From Octopus sinensis (Eukaryota), in NCBI RefSeq assembly GCF_006345805.1, contig NW_021836544.1:1-26063 (forward strand): a stretch of DNA of 26,063 nt. Reading direction: 5' to 3'. How positions within the stretch are numbered: position 1 is the first letter of the stretch; each line of letters opens with the position of its first letter. The translations under genes were made by a program, and so were the position numbers. The notes under the pieces were generated by a model. It had not been told where the DNA came from and did not search any database. It saw only the letters and a list, made by a program, of their open reading frames with translations. Positions 12,857-21,528 of this stretch are shown here, piece by piece.

Positions 12857-15556
12857 TTTAGTATTGCAACATGAATGACAATAGCCAGAGACTACTTGAA
12901 TTTTGCACATACCATAACCTGTGCATCACCAACACATTCTTTCCCAACAAGACATCCCACAAGGCATCTGGAGACATCCAAGATCTCACCACTGGCATCA
13001 GTTGGATCTCATCATTACACGAAGATCCTTTCTGAATTCTGTTCAACTGACCCGTAGCGCGGATTGTGAGACAGATCATTCACTAATAAGAAGGGTGAGG
13101 ATTCTGCCTAAAAAGTCCATCACTCCAGAAAATTAGCCAACCACGCATTAACACTGCCAGAACCTCGAACCCTACACTGCGATAATGTTTTGCTGTTTTA
13201 TCAAGGTTGCCCTCAGTAGCTGCCCAACCTCCTCTGCTGAAAGTAGGTGGAATTATATCAGGGAAGCTTTGTATACCACATCAATAGATACTTTCGGAAT
13301 GAGAGAAAGGTAAAACCCAGATTTTGTTCAGTGCTGGGCTCTCAGAGCTGGAACCAGTTATCGAAGCAAAGCGTACAGCTCTGATGCAATACAAGAGTGG
13401 TTCTTCTACAAAGTCACACAAAGAACTCAGAAAAGCAAGAAATAAAACCCAACTGACTGCCAGACGCTATGCAAATGGGTATTGAAAGGAAATCTGTCAG
13501 AGTATCAAGTCAGCTGCTGACAGTGGCGACACCCGTGGGATGTATGCCGGTTTGAAGAAGGCCCTCGGTCCATCCGCAAATACCTCAGCCCCTCTGAAAT
13601 CAACTACTGGAGATCTCATCAGGGACGAAAGCAAACAAATGGATAGATGGATGGAGTACTACCAGGATCTCTACTCACGAGAGACCACAGTAGCTGAGGC
13701 TGCAATCGAGGGTGTCAAGATCTTGCCAGTCATGTGTGAACTTGACAGTCTGCAATCTATAGCAGAGCTCACCAAATCTATTGACTCCCTAGCAAGTAAC
13801 AAGGCTCCGGGAAAAGACGGCATCCCCTTAGAGATCATCAAAACCGGCAAAAACACCATCCTGCTTCGGCACATTCATGAGCTTCTGTGTCAGTGCAGGT
13901 AAGAGGGTACATTCCCTCAGAATATGCGGGATGCTAACATCATTACGCTTTACAAAAATAAAAGTGACCGTGATGATTGTAACAATTACCGTGGAATATC
14001 TCTTCTAAGCACAGTTGGAAAGGCCTCTGCTTGCATTATCCTGTCCAGGCTGCAACTAATTGCTTCTCGAATTTATCCAGAATCGCAGTGTGGCTTTAGA
14101 AGCAGATCAACTATTGACATGATATTCTCCATACGCCAACTTCAGAAGTCCAGAGAGCAGAACATGCCATTATATATGGCCTTCATTGATCTGACAAAGG
14201 GCTTTGACTTGGTAAGTAGAAAAGGCCTCTTCATCCTGCTCCAAAAAATCGGATGTCCACCAAAGCTGCTGAGGATCATCAAATCATTCCATGCTAATAT
14301 GCAAGGCACCATACAGCACAATGGTTCAACATCACCGCCTTCCAAATAAAAATTGGGTAGAGCAAGGTTGTGTCCTTGCTCCTACATTATTTGGCATCTT
14401 CTTCTCGCTGCTGCTGTCACATGCCTTTGAGACATCAGATGATGGAGTGTTTCTGCACAGTAGAAGTGATGGGGAACTGTTCAATCTCTCGCGTCTGCGT
14501 GCCAAGACCAAAATTTCAGAAGCATCCTGATCAAGGAGATGCTATTTGCTGATGATGCCGCTCTGGTATCACACACAGAAGAAGCCCTACGAAGGCACAG
14601 CAACTGTTTTGAGCAAGCATTTGGCAACTTTGGCTTAGTTATCAGCCTCAAGAAGACCAACATCATGGGTCAGGGTACATCGGACATCCCAAACATACAT
14701 ATTGGAGACCACAGAGTATAGGAGGTGGAGAAGTTTACCTATATAGGCTCTACCGTACCTACAACCTATCCCTTGATGCTGAGCTCAATATACGCATTGG
14801 CAAGGCAGCTGCTGTGATGGCCCAACTCACCAAACGCGCATGGGACAACAATAAGCTGACCAAGACCACAAAAATGAAGATTTACCAGGCATGTGTACTT
14901 AGCACTCTACTGTATGACTTTGACGCCATACACACGCCATACGACGCCATACGTCGCCTAAATATCTTTCACCTGCGCTGTCTCCGGAAAATCCATCGCA
15001 TCAAATGGCAGAATCATGTCCCTAACAAAGATGTCCTCAAGCAAGCAGGAATACCAAGCATGTTTGCACTCTTCACACAAAGACGTATGAGATGGCTTGG
15101 ACATGTTAGCCGTATGGAAGATGGCAGAATCCCCAAGGACATACTCAACGGAGAGCTTGCTAGGGTACTAGGTCTGTGGGAAGACCGTTCTTACGATACA
15201 AGGATGTTTGCAAAAGGGACATGAATGCCTGCAACATCAATATTACCAACTGGGAAGCAGTTGCCAGCAACCGTGGAGATTGGCGACGTACCGTGAAAGA
15301 GGGAACACAAAGGAGTTACATAGTGAGAAAGGAAATGGAAAGACAAGAAAAGACGTCAACAAGAAACTATGACATTACAACCAGTCAGGCAAAGTCTTCG
15401 CTACATTACGGCACCTGCCAGAGGGAGTGTTTGTCCCGGCTAGGACTACACAGCCACAGCAAGAGATGTATTAGGACATGAAATGTAAAAGCCGGACAAT
15501 TATTTTATATGCGCAACTCCATTGTCTCCCGAGACAAAAATGATGCCAACAACAAC
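12857..15556 (+). mobile_element. RTE-clade LINE (non-LTR retrotransposon), 5'-truncated, ORF inactivated by many stops and frameshifts
   Basis: APE endonuclease C-terminal part (MNDNSQRLLEFC..NLCITNTFF, WRHPRSHHWHQLDLII, SADCETDHSL). RT motifs: KAPGKDGIP, CNNYRGISLLS, PESQCGFR..STIDMIF, FIDLTKGFD, QGCVLAPTLF, MLFADD, ISLKKT. Also RMRWLGHVSRMEDGRIPK, GRPFLRYKD and a C-terminal zinc-finger-like CQRECLSRLGLHSHSKRC (stop at 15481). The short 3' UTR has the hairpin TTGTCTC-CC-GAGACAA and a (CAA)3 tail. Confidence 0.97.
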
Positions 15557-15845
15557 ATATATGGATTTCGTAGACAGGAATTGTAACAAATAAATCGTAT
15601 ATATATGTATGTATATATGTAAGTGTATGTGTGTGTCTTTGTCTCTGTGTTTCGCCCTCATCACTGCTTCACAACTGCTGTTCACTTATTTACATCCACA
15701 TAACTTACTGGTTTCACAAGAACAAACTAATAGAGTAAGTACTAGGCTTATCAACATAAAAAAGCACTAGGCTGTGTCTCATATTTTTGTTTGCTCACTC
15801 AGTTGTATCTATCAATTTATCTTTGTATGTGTGCATGTGTGTGTG
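15557..15845 (+). repeat. Right TSD copy (15557-15632) continuing into a second copy of the SINE-A 3' half plus flank (duplicate of ~12413-12696)
   Basis: CCCTCATCACTGCTTCACAACTG, TACTGGTTTCACAAGAA, AGGCTTATCAA and the non-SINE flank CACTCAGTTGTATCTATCAATTTATCTTTGT occur at both 12506-12679 and 15655-15827. Confidence 0.9.
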
Positions 15846-15847
15846 TA

Positions 15848-15918
<71 letters not shown>

Positions 15919-17196
15919 ACACACCCTAATGGGAGCCTTAAATCCCAAATTTTAGTAATTTCTTTTATGATCCAAAACTTGGTCAAAAGTACTGAATGGA
16001 TCTTTATGAAATTTGGAAATTATATTCTATGCATAAGGGCCATAACACCCATGACAATTCATATATTTTTGCTGTTGATGAAATTTTAACCATAGACATT
16101 AGACACAAATGAAGTAATATCTATAAAATTTCATCTTACAAAGTTAGAAAGACCCCTCCATGGGGACTTAACAACTACAATTTTGTCATTTTATCTAAGC
16201 AAAAATGAATACAGTTGTGCTCTTGGAAGCTGTAGGGTTACCCGAGCATAAAAGATGAGCATTATTTGTAATTCAATGGTACAACAGTGTAACAGTTTGC
16301 TTTGACATACACACTGCATAAATTGTCAAGTAAATGAGAGGCATCTTTGCCTCCACTGATTCAGTTGCAAAGTGTAGAGTAAAATTTATTTGATTGCAGA
16401 CCTCCTTTCAGTCTTTTTATTATCACTCGGTCACACATAGTCCCCAGATGGTAACATTGATTTCAAGGCCTTCCCAGATGAGTGACTGGTTATTCGAAGA
16501 CATTTATAGATTTTAAATTTATTCTGTCCAGTTACGTATCAGTATAGTGGTCATTTGCAAACTACAGAGGTGACACTTTCATTTCTCCTTAGCTCTCACG
16601 TCAAACAGTTGCTATAGATTACCCTTCCAATTGCTATAGATTTGTAATGCATCTTACGGCTGTGCCTGTCACCTGGATGGTGAGGAATCCTACATTAGGA
16701 GTGGTAACGACTAGGGTAGGGTAACTGACTGCTTATTGTGATCATTCGTCTTTTGGTTTCCTGTAGCTTTGCTCTCTTTTACAAACCCAGTGAACATATA
16801 TTTCCTATTTCAAAGAAATTCAAATAATAGATATAAGACCCAAGTTAAAAAGATTCTCAACAATTCAACTTCTCTGGTTGACATTAAGATGCCCACCCCC
16901 CAACAGGGCCTTAACTCTCACATTTTAGAGCTCCATGACCTTCATTTTTCAGGAACAAAATCTTTTTAACAAGTTAAATAAGACTGGAATTTTGGAATAT
17001 GCGCATAAAAATCAGGATTATGGGATACATGTGGCACGATTACAATTTTTTAGGGTGTGTAAAGATTGAAATAACCCTCATCTGCAATTTTGATGAAATT
17101 CGAAACATAGATATTCCAGTTCATCACAGAAGATATAACAGAAAAGTCTAATTCTCCAATTGAATGTAATCGGGTAACGCCGGGTATCTCTGCTAG
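15848..17196 (+). mobile_element. Putative non-autonomous Helitron-like element (~1.35 kb)
   Basis: The 3' end CGGGTAACGCCGGGTATCTCTGCTAG|T matches the hairpin+CTAG terminus of the two elements at 18822 and 23536. The candidate 5' end is A|TCTATATATA at 15848, but this boundary is uncertain because it lies in (TA)n. A related motif occurs twice (TTTATGAAATTTGGAAA ~16003, TTTGATGAAATTCGAAA ~17089). No coding capacity. Confidence 0.6.
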
Positions 17197-17427
17197 TTAT
17201 ATATAAATATAAAAAAGTAAAAGATATGCAATAAATATAAATATGTATATAAAAGTAAAAATGTACATATATATATATATATATATTCTTTCATTTCTTT
17301 CTTTTATTCTTTTACTTGTTTCGACCCGAACACTTCTTTAAAGTAATTCTATATATTTCGCAAGAAAGAACAATAATATTATGTATATACTTGCCACCAT
17401 CGGGGGCACAAACACAAACACACACAC

Positions 17428-17565
17428 AGTTTCCGTCTACCAAATTCACTCACAAGGCTTTGGTTGGCCTGAGGCTCTAGTAGAAGACCAAGGCGTCGCG
17501 TAATGGGGCTGAACCCAGAACCATGTAGTTGGTAAGCAGGCTACTTACCACACAGCCACTCATGC
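17428..17565 (-). mobile_element. SINE family A, 5' half
   Basis: The minus strand reads GAGTGGCTGTGTGGTAAG (A box)...GGTTCAGCCCC (B box)...CCAAAGCCTTGTGAGTGAATTTGGTAGACGGAAACTG. Confidence 0.85.
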
Positions 17566-17572
17566 ATATGTA

Positions 17573-17577
17573 TGTGT

Positions 17578-17628
<51 letters not shown>

Positions 17629-17643
17629 TGTGTGTCTGTGTGT
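17573..17643. repeat. (TG)n microsatellite
   Basis: Direct reading. Confidence 0.95.
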
Positions 17644-17724
17644 AGTTTGACAAGTGTCAATGAATGAAACTCTCGCCCCCCGAGTCACTCTGTTGCTTCT
17701 GCTAAATATTGATAAACACATATA

Positions 17725-17860
17725 TGACAAGCTTTTTCAGATTCCGTCAACCAATCTACTCACAAGGGTTTAGTCGACCCAGGGCTATAGTAGAAACACC
17801 GCTCAAAGTGCCACGCAGCTGGACTGAACCCGGAACAGCTTACAACACAGTCACGCCTGC
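17725..17860 (-). mobile_element. SINE family A, 5' half, more diverged
   Basis: The minus strand reads GCAGGCGTGACTGTGTTGTAAG...CCGGGTTCAGTCCAGCTGCGTGGCACTTTGAGCGGTGTTTCTACTATAGCCCTGGGTCGAC. Aligns with 12340-12430. Confidence 0.8.
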
Positions 17861-17888
17861 TTCTATTCACATATATACATGATATATA

Positions 17889-18111
17889 TTTCTTTTGCTA
17901 CCCACAAGGGGCTAAACATAGAGGGGACAAACAAGGACAGACAAACGGATTAAGTCGATTACATCGACCCAGTGCGAAACTGGTACTTTATTTATCGACC
18001 CCGAGAGGATGAAAGGCAAAGTCGACCTCGGCGGAATTTGAACTCAGAACGTAGACGAAATACTGCTAAGCATTTCGCCCGGCGTGCTAACGCTTCTGCC
18101 AGCTCGCCGCC
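17889..18111 (-). mobile_element. Full-length tRNA-derived SINE, family B (~220 bp)
   Basis: The minus strand starts GGCGGCGAGCTGGCAGAAGCGTTAGC (A box), has GAGTTCAAATTCCGCC (B box; CCGCC pairs with the 5' GGCGG like a tRNA acceptor stem) and the central GCCTTTCATCCTCTCGGGGTCGATAAATAAAGTACCAG, and ends in an A-rich tail. Confidence 0.88.
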
Positions 18112-18139
18112 TCTTGCATATAAATCTATGTGCGTATAT

Positions 18140-18256
18140 AGACACAGTTATACATACACATACCTAGTCATGGATGGCTACACACACTAACACACACGTA
18201 CACATACACATGCAAGTAGTCACACGAGTGTACACACAACCACACACATACGCACG

Positions 18257-18287
<31 letters not shown>

Positions 18288-18385
18288 ACTCGCACGCACG
18301 CACATAATCTCCTTTCCTCTCACCCTTATTCTTCTAAGCAAACACACATCTACACACACATAGAAAGGCATGCATGCACGCAGAC
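18140..18385. repeat. Imperfect (CA)n microsatellite
   Basis: Direct reading; source of the spurious HT/VC-rich ORFs. Confidence 0.9.
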
Positions 18386-18674
18386 ATAAGATTAATTCGC
18401 GGCCAAATTTCAGGGCAGACGTTGAAGAGAAAGGACAAGCTATTGAAAAGGTCGCGAAAAATAGCGACGAACGGACTTTCACGAAGAAATAAAACTTTGA
18501 TTGTTTAAACCAAACACACATCGATTACGAAGTTGGTCAGATGTGTAACCATATCGTTATTGGCATAATGACCTCCCAAGAATCAACAAGATGTATGTGT
18601 GTATACGTGTGTGAGTGTGTGTGCGTATGTGTATATATGTATGTGTGTGTGTGTATATGTATGTGTGTGTGTGT

Positions 18675-18805
18675 GGCAAAAACAGACCGATAGAATAAGT
18701 ACTAGGCTTACAAAGAATAATCCCTAGAGTCGATTTGCTCGACTAAAGGCAGTGCTCCAGCATGGCCAAAGTCAAATGACTGTAACAAATAAAAGAATAA
18801 AAGAG
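18675..18805 (+). mobile_element. SINE family A, 3' tail, preceded by a (TG/TA)n tract at 18591-18674
   Basis: GACCGATAGAATAAGTACTAGGCTTACAAAG...GTCGATTTGCTCGACTAAAGGC...ATGACTGTAACAAATAAAAGAATAAAAGAG. Overlaps in homology with 12570-12600, 22297-22392 and the tail remnant at ~17295-17323(-). Confidence 0.85.
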
Positions 18806-18821
18806 TATATATATATATATA

Positions 18822-19218
18822 CTAGCAGTGTCGCCCGGCGTTGCTCGGGTTTGTAAGGGAAATAACTATATAAGCATTTTTAGAGATGTAAAGTATAATA
18901 GCCATCTCAATATGGCTAACCACAAAGGGGGAGTGTTACTGTAGCATTTTACATTCTGAGATTTAATAATACATTTTTAGAGAGTTACTTCCCTTATATA
19001 AACCGAGCGAAAATGCATTAAAAATGCGGAAAAAATTATGGTAATTTTTTTTTTAATCGTAAACTCATCGTAGACGTGCGCTAATACCCAGAAGGGCTCG
19101 ATATGAATCACGACTATAAGATACCCGCTTTTGGTTACACTGCACCGCAAAATGAGGGAGTAGTTAGGAATCTAAATCGTAGGAGACAGACACACAACTT
19201 CACTTTTATATATAAAGA
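18822..19218 (-). mobile_element. Non-autonomous Helitron-like element, 397 bp (copy 1)
   Basis: Minus strand: A|TCTTTATATATAAAAG...ACCCGAGCAACGCCGGGCGACACTGCTAG|T. This gives a 5' TC, a subterminal CCCG..CGGG hairpin, a 3' CTAG and insertion between A and T. A second copy at 23536-23928 confirms the boundaries. Confidence 0.88.
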
Positions 19219-19282
19219 TATATATATATATATATATACACACATACACATATATATACAGTATATAATATATATATATATC

Positions 19283-19314
<32 letters not shown>

Positions 19315-19437
19315 CAGTGTATATATATATATATATATACATATAATATATTATATATATATATATATATATATTACAGTGTATATATATATACATATAT
19401 TAATATAACAGTGTATATATATATATATATATATATA
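19219..19437. repeat. Imperfect (TA)n tract
   Basis: Direct reading. Confidence 0.9.
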
Positions 19438-19535
19438 AAATTTGAGGTAATATTATACATAACTTACAGGAAAAATTCAATTTAGAAATACTAATTCAAA
19501 TTTCACAAATATAATATATATATATATATATTATA

Positions 19536-19716
19536 AAATTAGAAAAAAACCACCTTTTATCATTCAAAATGAACAATTAAATTACACCATCTAGAAAATT
19601 ACATATATAGAAATATTAAATATAAAATAATAATATACCGATGATTAAGTAATGTGCAAAATAATAAATAAATCGTATATATCATAAATTGATAAAGGTG
19701 TTTTTTTTTCTAATTT
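19536..19716. repeat. ~180-bp segment bounded by ~27-bp inverted repeats, within (TA)n
   Basis: AAATTAGAAAAAAACCACCTTTTATCA (19536-19562) versus TGATAAAGGTGTTTTTTTTTCTAATTT (19690-19716). Confidence 0.75.
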
Positions 19717-20111
19717 ATATATATATATACAGTCTTTTGTTGCTTGACCATAATACCTGCTATATATCTCTCTCTTGCTGCCTTCGAAACACACTGCCAC
19801 ACATACATAGACGCACACACACATACATGAAAGCAATTTCTCTACACTCAAACACTCTAGCACTCATTCTTAAATAATTCAAATATAAACACCAGTCATA
19901 CAGAATACATTCACACTCTTTGATTTTCTCTGTACCCCCCTTCTCCTAACCGGATTCTGACCTTGAACTATCTTAACGGACATTCTCGTCTGCTTTCACC
20001 CAGCCTGGCGTCAACGCATATAGATAGACAGTTTGTGCCATTTATTCCATGGGCTCCTCGTGACGTTTGTGAAAAGCTGCTGTGCATTTTGTTGGAGAAT
20101 TAAGTTCCTGG

Positions 20112-20196
20112 ATTTTCCTGAAGAGAAGGCTGCAAAATGGACTCCTTATTCAATCCGAATTAGGGACTTTGCAGCCTTTGAAACATATGTAAAAAT
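20112..20196 (+). ncRNA. Minimal type I hammerhead ribozyme motif (near-intact)
   Basis: ATTTTC-CTGAAGA(20118-20124)-stem II GAAGGCTGCAAA(20125-20136)/TTTGCAGCCTTT(20168-20179)-GAAA(20180-20183)-palindrome ACATATGT-cleavage triplet GTA(20189-20191)-AAAAT (stem I). Confidence 0.78.
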
Positions 20197-20334
20197 AATA
20201 AAAAGGAATTTTGTTAAATCTTCGTTTCTTTCTTCTTCTACACTAATATATATATATATATATTTATAATTACACACATGTGAGTGAGAACACTTTGAGA
20301 TATTTTTGGTATCTAACATATGTCAGATACTGCG

Positions 20335-20438
20335 AGCGCTGCTTCTGATTGGTCAATCCATGGTGATGACCCGAGGTCACGGTGACAGCGCTGCTTCTGA
20401 TTGGTCAATCCATGGTGATGACCCGACGTCACGGTGAC
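20335..20438 (+). repeat. Tandem duplication, 2 x 52 bp, one mismatch
   Basis: AGCGCTGCTTCTGATTGGTCAATCCATGGTGATGACCCGA(G/C)GTCACGGTGAC at 20335-20386 and 20387-20438. Confidence 0.97.
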
Positions 20439-20534
20439 GGCACTACTTTTGTCATTCATAAGTTACAACTAAACGTGAAGAATTTAGTTATTGGGTTAAT
20501 AAAATATGGTCGCTTATTCGTGTGTAATAAATAA

Positions 20535-20635
20535 AATACCAAACTCATTCCCTATGGATACCGTATTTATTACAACTCGTTTACAAGCCACTCGTTGTAA
20601 TAAATACGGTATCCATAGGGAACTCGTTTGGTATT
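20535..20635. repeat. Long palindrome: 29-bp perfect arms, 17-nt loop, plus 10-bp outer arms
   Basis: TTCCCTATGGATACCGTATTTATTACAAC (20548-20576) is the exact reverse complement of 20594-20622. The outer arms are AATACCAAAC/GTTTGGTATT. Confidence 0.96.
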
Positions 20636-20887
20636 CTCTATATTATTCAGTCAAACTAATGCACCTGCTTGTTATTCCTGCACCTGTCTTCGTCTTTTGT
20701 TGTTTTCTGTAAATATATCCTTTTATATATGTGTGCTGCAAGATTCTTGATGTGAAACCGTGCGTTGAAACAGATATTGTTGTATTTCGAGATAGTTATT
20801 TTTTCCCTCTTTTGGCAAATAAACAGGCGCACTATATAATTCCCTTTTCACTCATTTTTACTGTTCTTATTCTAATTTATGTTTATC

Positions 20888-20930
20888 GTCCGGAAATCTT
20901 TCGTCACACCTCTGTGAACTCTTCAGCGAC
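20888..20930 (-). ncRNA. Hammerhead-like motif (imperfect)
   Basis: Minus strand GTCG-CTGAAGA-GTTCACA-GAGG-TGTGAC-GAAA-GAT-TTC-CGGAC. Both core boxes are intact and stem II has 6 bp with one bulge. Stems I and III are weak. Confidence 0.55.
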
Positions 20931-21528
20931 ACTTTCTGTCTTCGTGTGTACTCTTGCTCCGCTTTTATACATATACACACATACGCGAGTAATATACGGG
21001 TAAAACCTTGTGGTATGCTATAAAAGCTCGTATAAAGTCTTACTCGAAGAAGGTGCATTTCACACACCTTGAATTGGTGATAATGATTACACAACATCTC
21101 ACCAATGAACAAGTGTAAAAATGTGTCGAAACAATTGTAATGTTTATAGATAATGCCATATATATATATATTATATATATTATAATATATGAATATATAT
21201 ATTTTATGTATGTATATATGTGTATGTATGTATGTAGGTATGTATGTATGTGTGTATGTATTACTTATATATGTATGTAATTACATATGCATATTGGGTT
21301 CAGGACGTCACAGAAGTAACAACAGGAAATACGAAATACGAAAATATGGAATACGAACTTTTTGCGAACAGCGAAAGAAACAATAGTATCGATAATGCCC
21401 GAAATTGCGTTTGACTCCTCTTGCTGATAACTGATGAAGAATTTGTGACCTGTGTGTTCCTGTTCGCCTGTGCATTTAGTATTTGTTCGTTTGTTTATTT
21501 ACAATACGTTTATTTTTAATTATATATA

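Noticed and set aside
14921-14958. ACGCCATAC x3 inside the LINE
   Set aside because: Local slippage damage in a dead copy with no sign of function.
12857-15481. Active LINE ORF
   Set aside because: It is 5'-truncated within the endonuclease domain and fragmented into many short frames.
18025-18111. tRNA gene
   Set aside because: It has A and B boxes but no canonical cloverleaf and is fused to a SINE body, so it is a SINE head.
18168-19408. HT/VC/IY dipeptide-repeat ORFs
   Set aside because: They are microsatellite translations.
21394-21445. GAAA ... CTGATGA as a permuted (type II) hammerhead
   Set aside because: I could not form stems I-III or place an NUH triplet convincingly.
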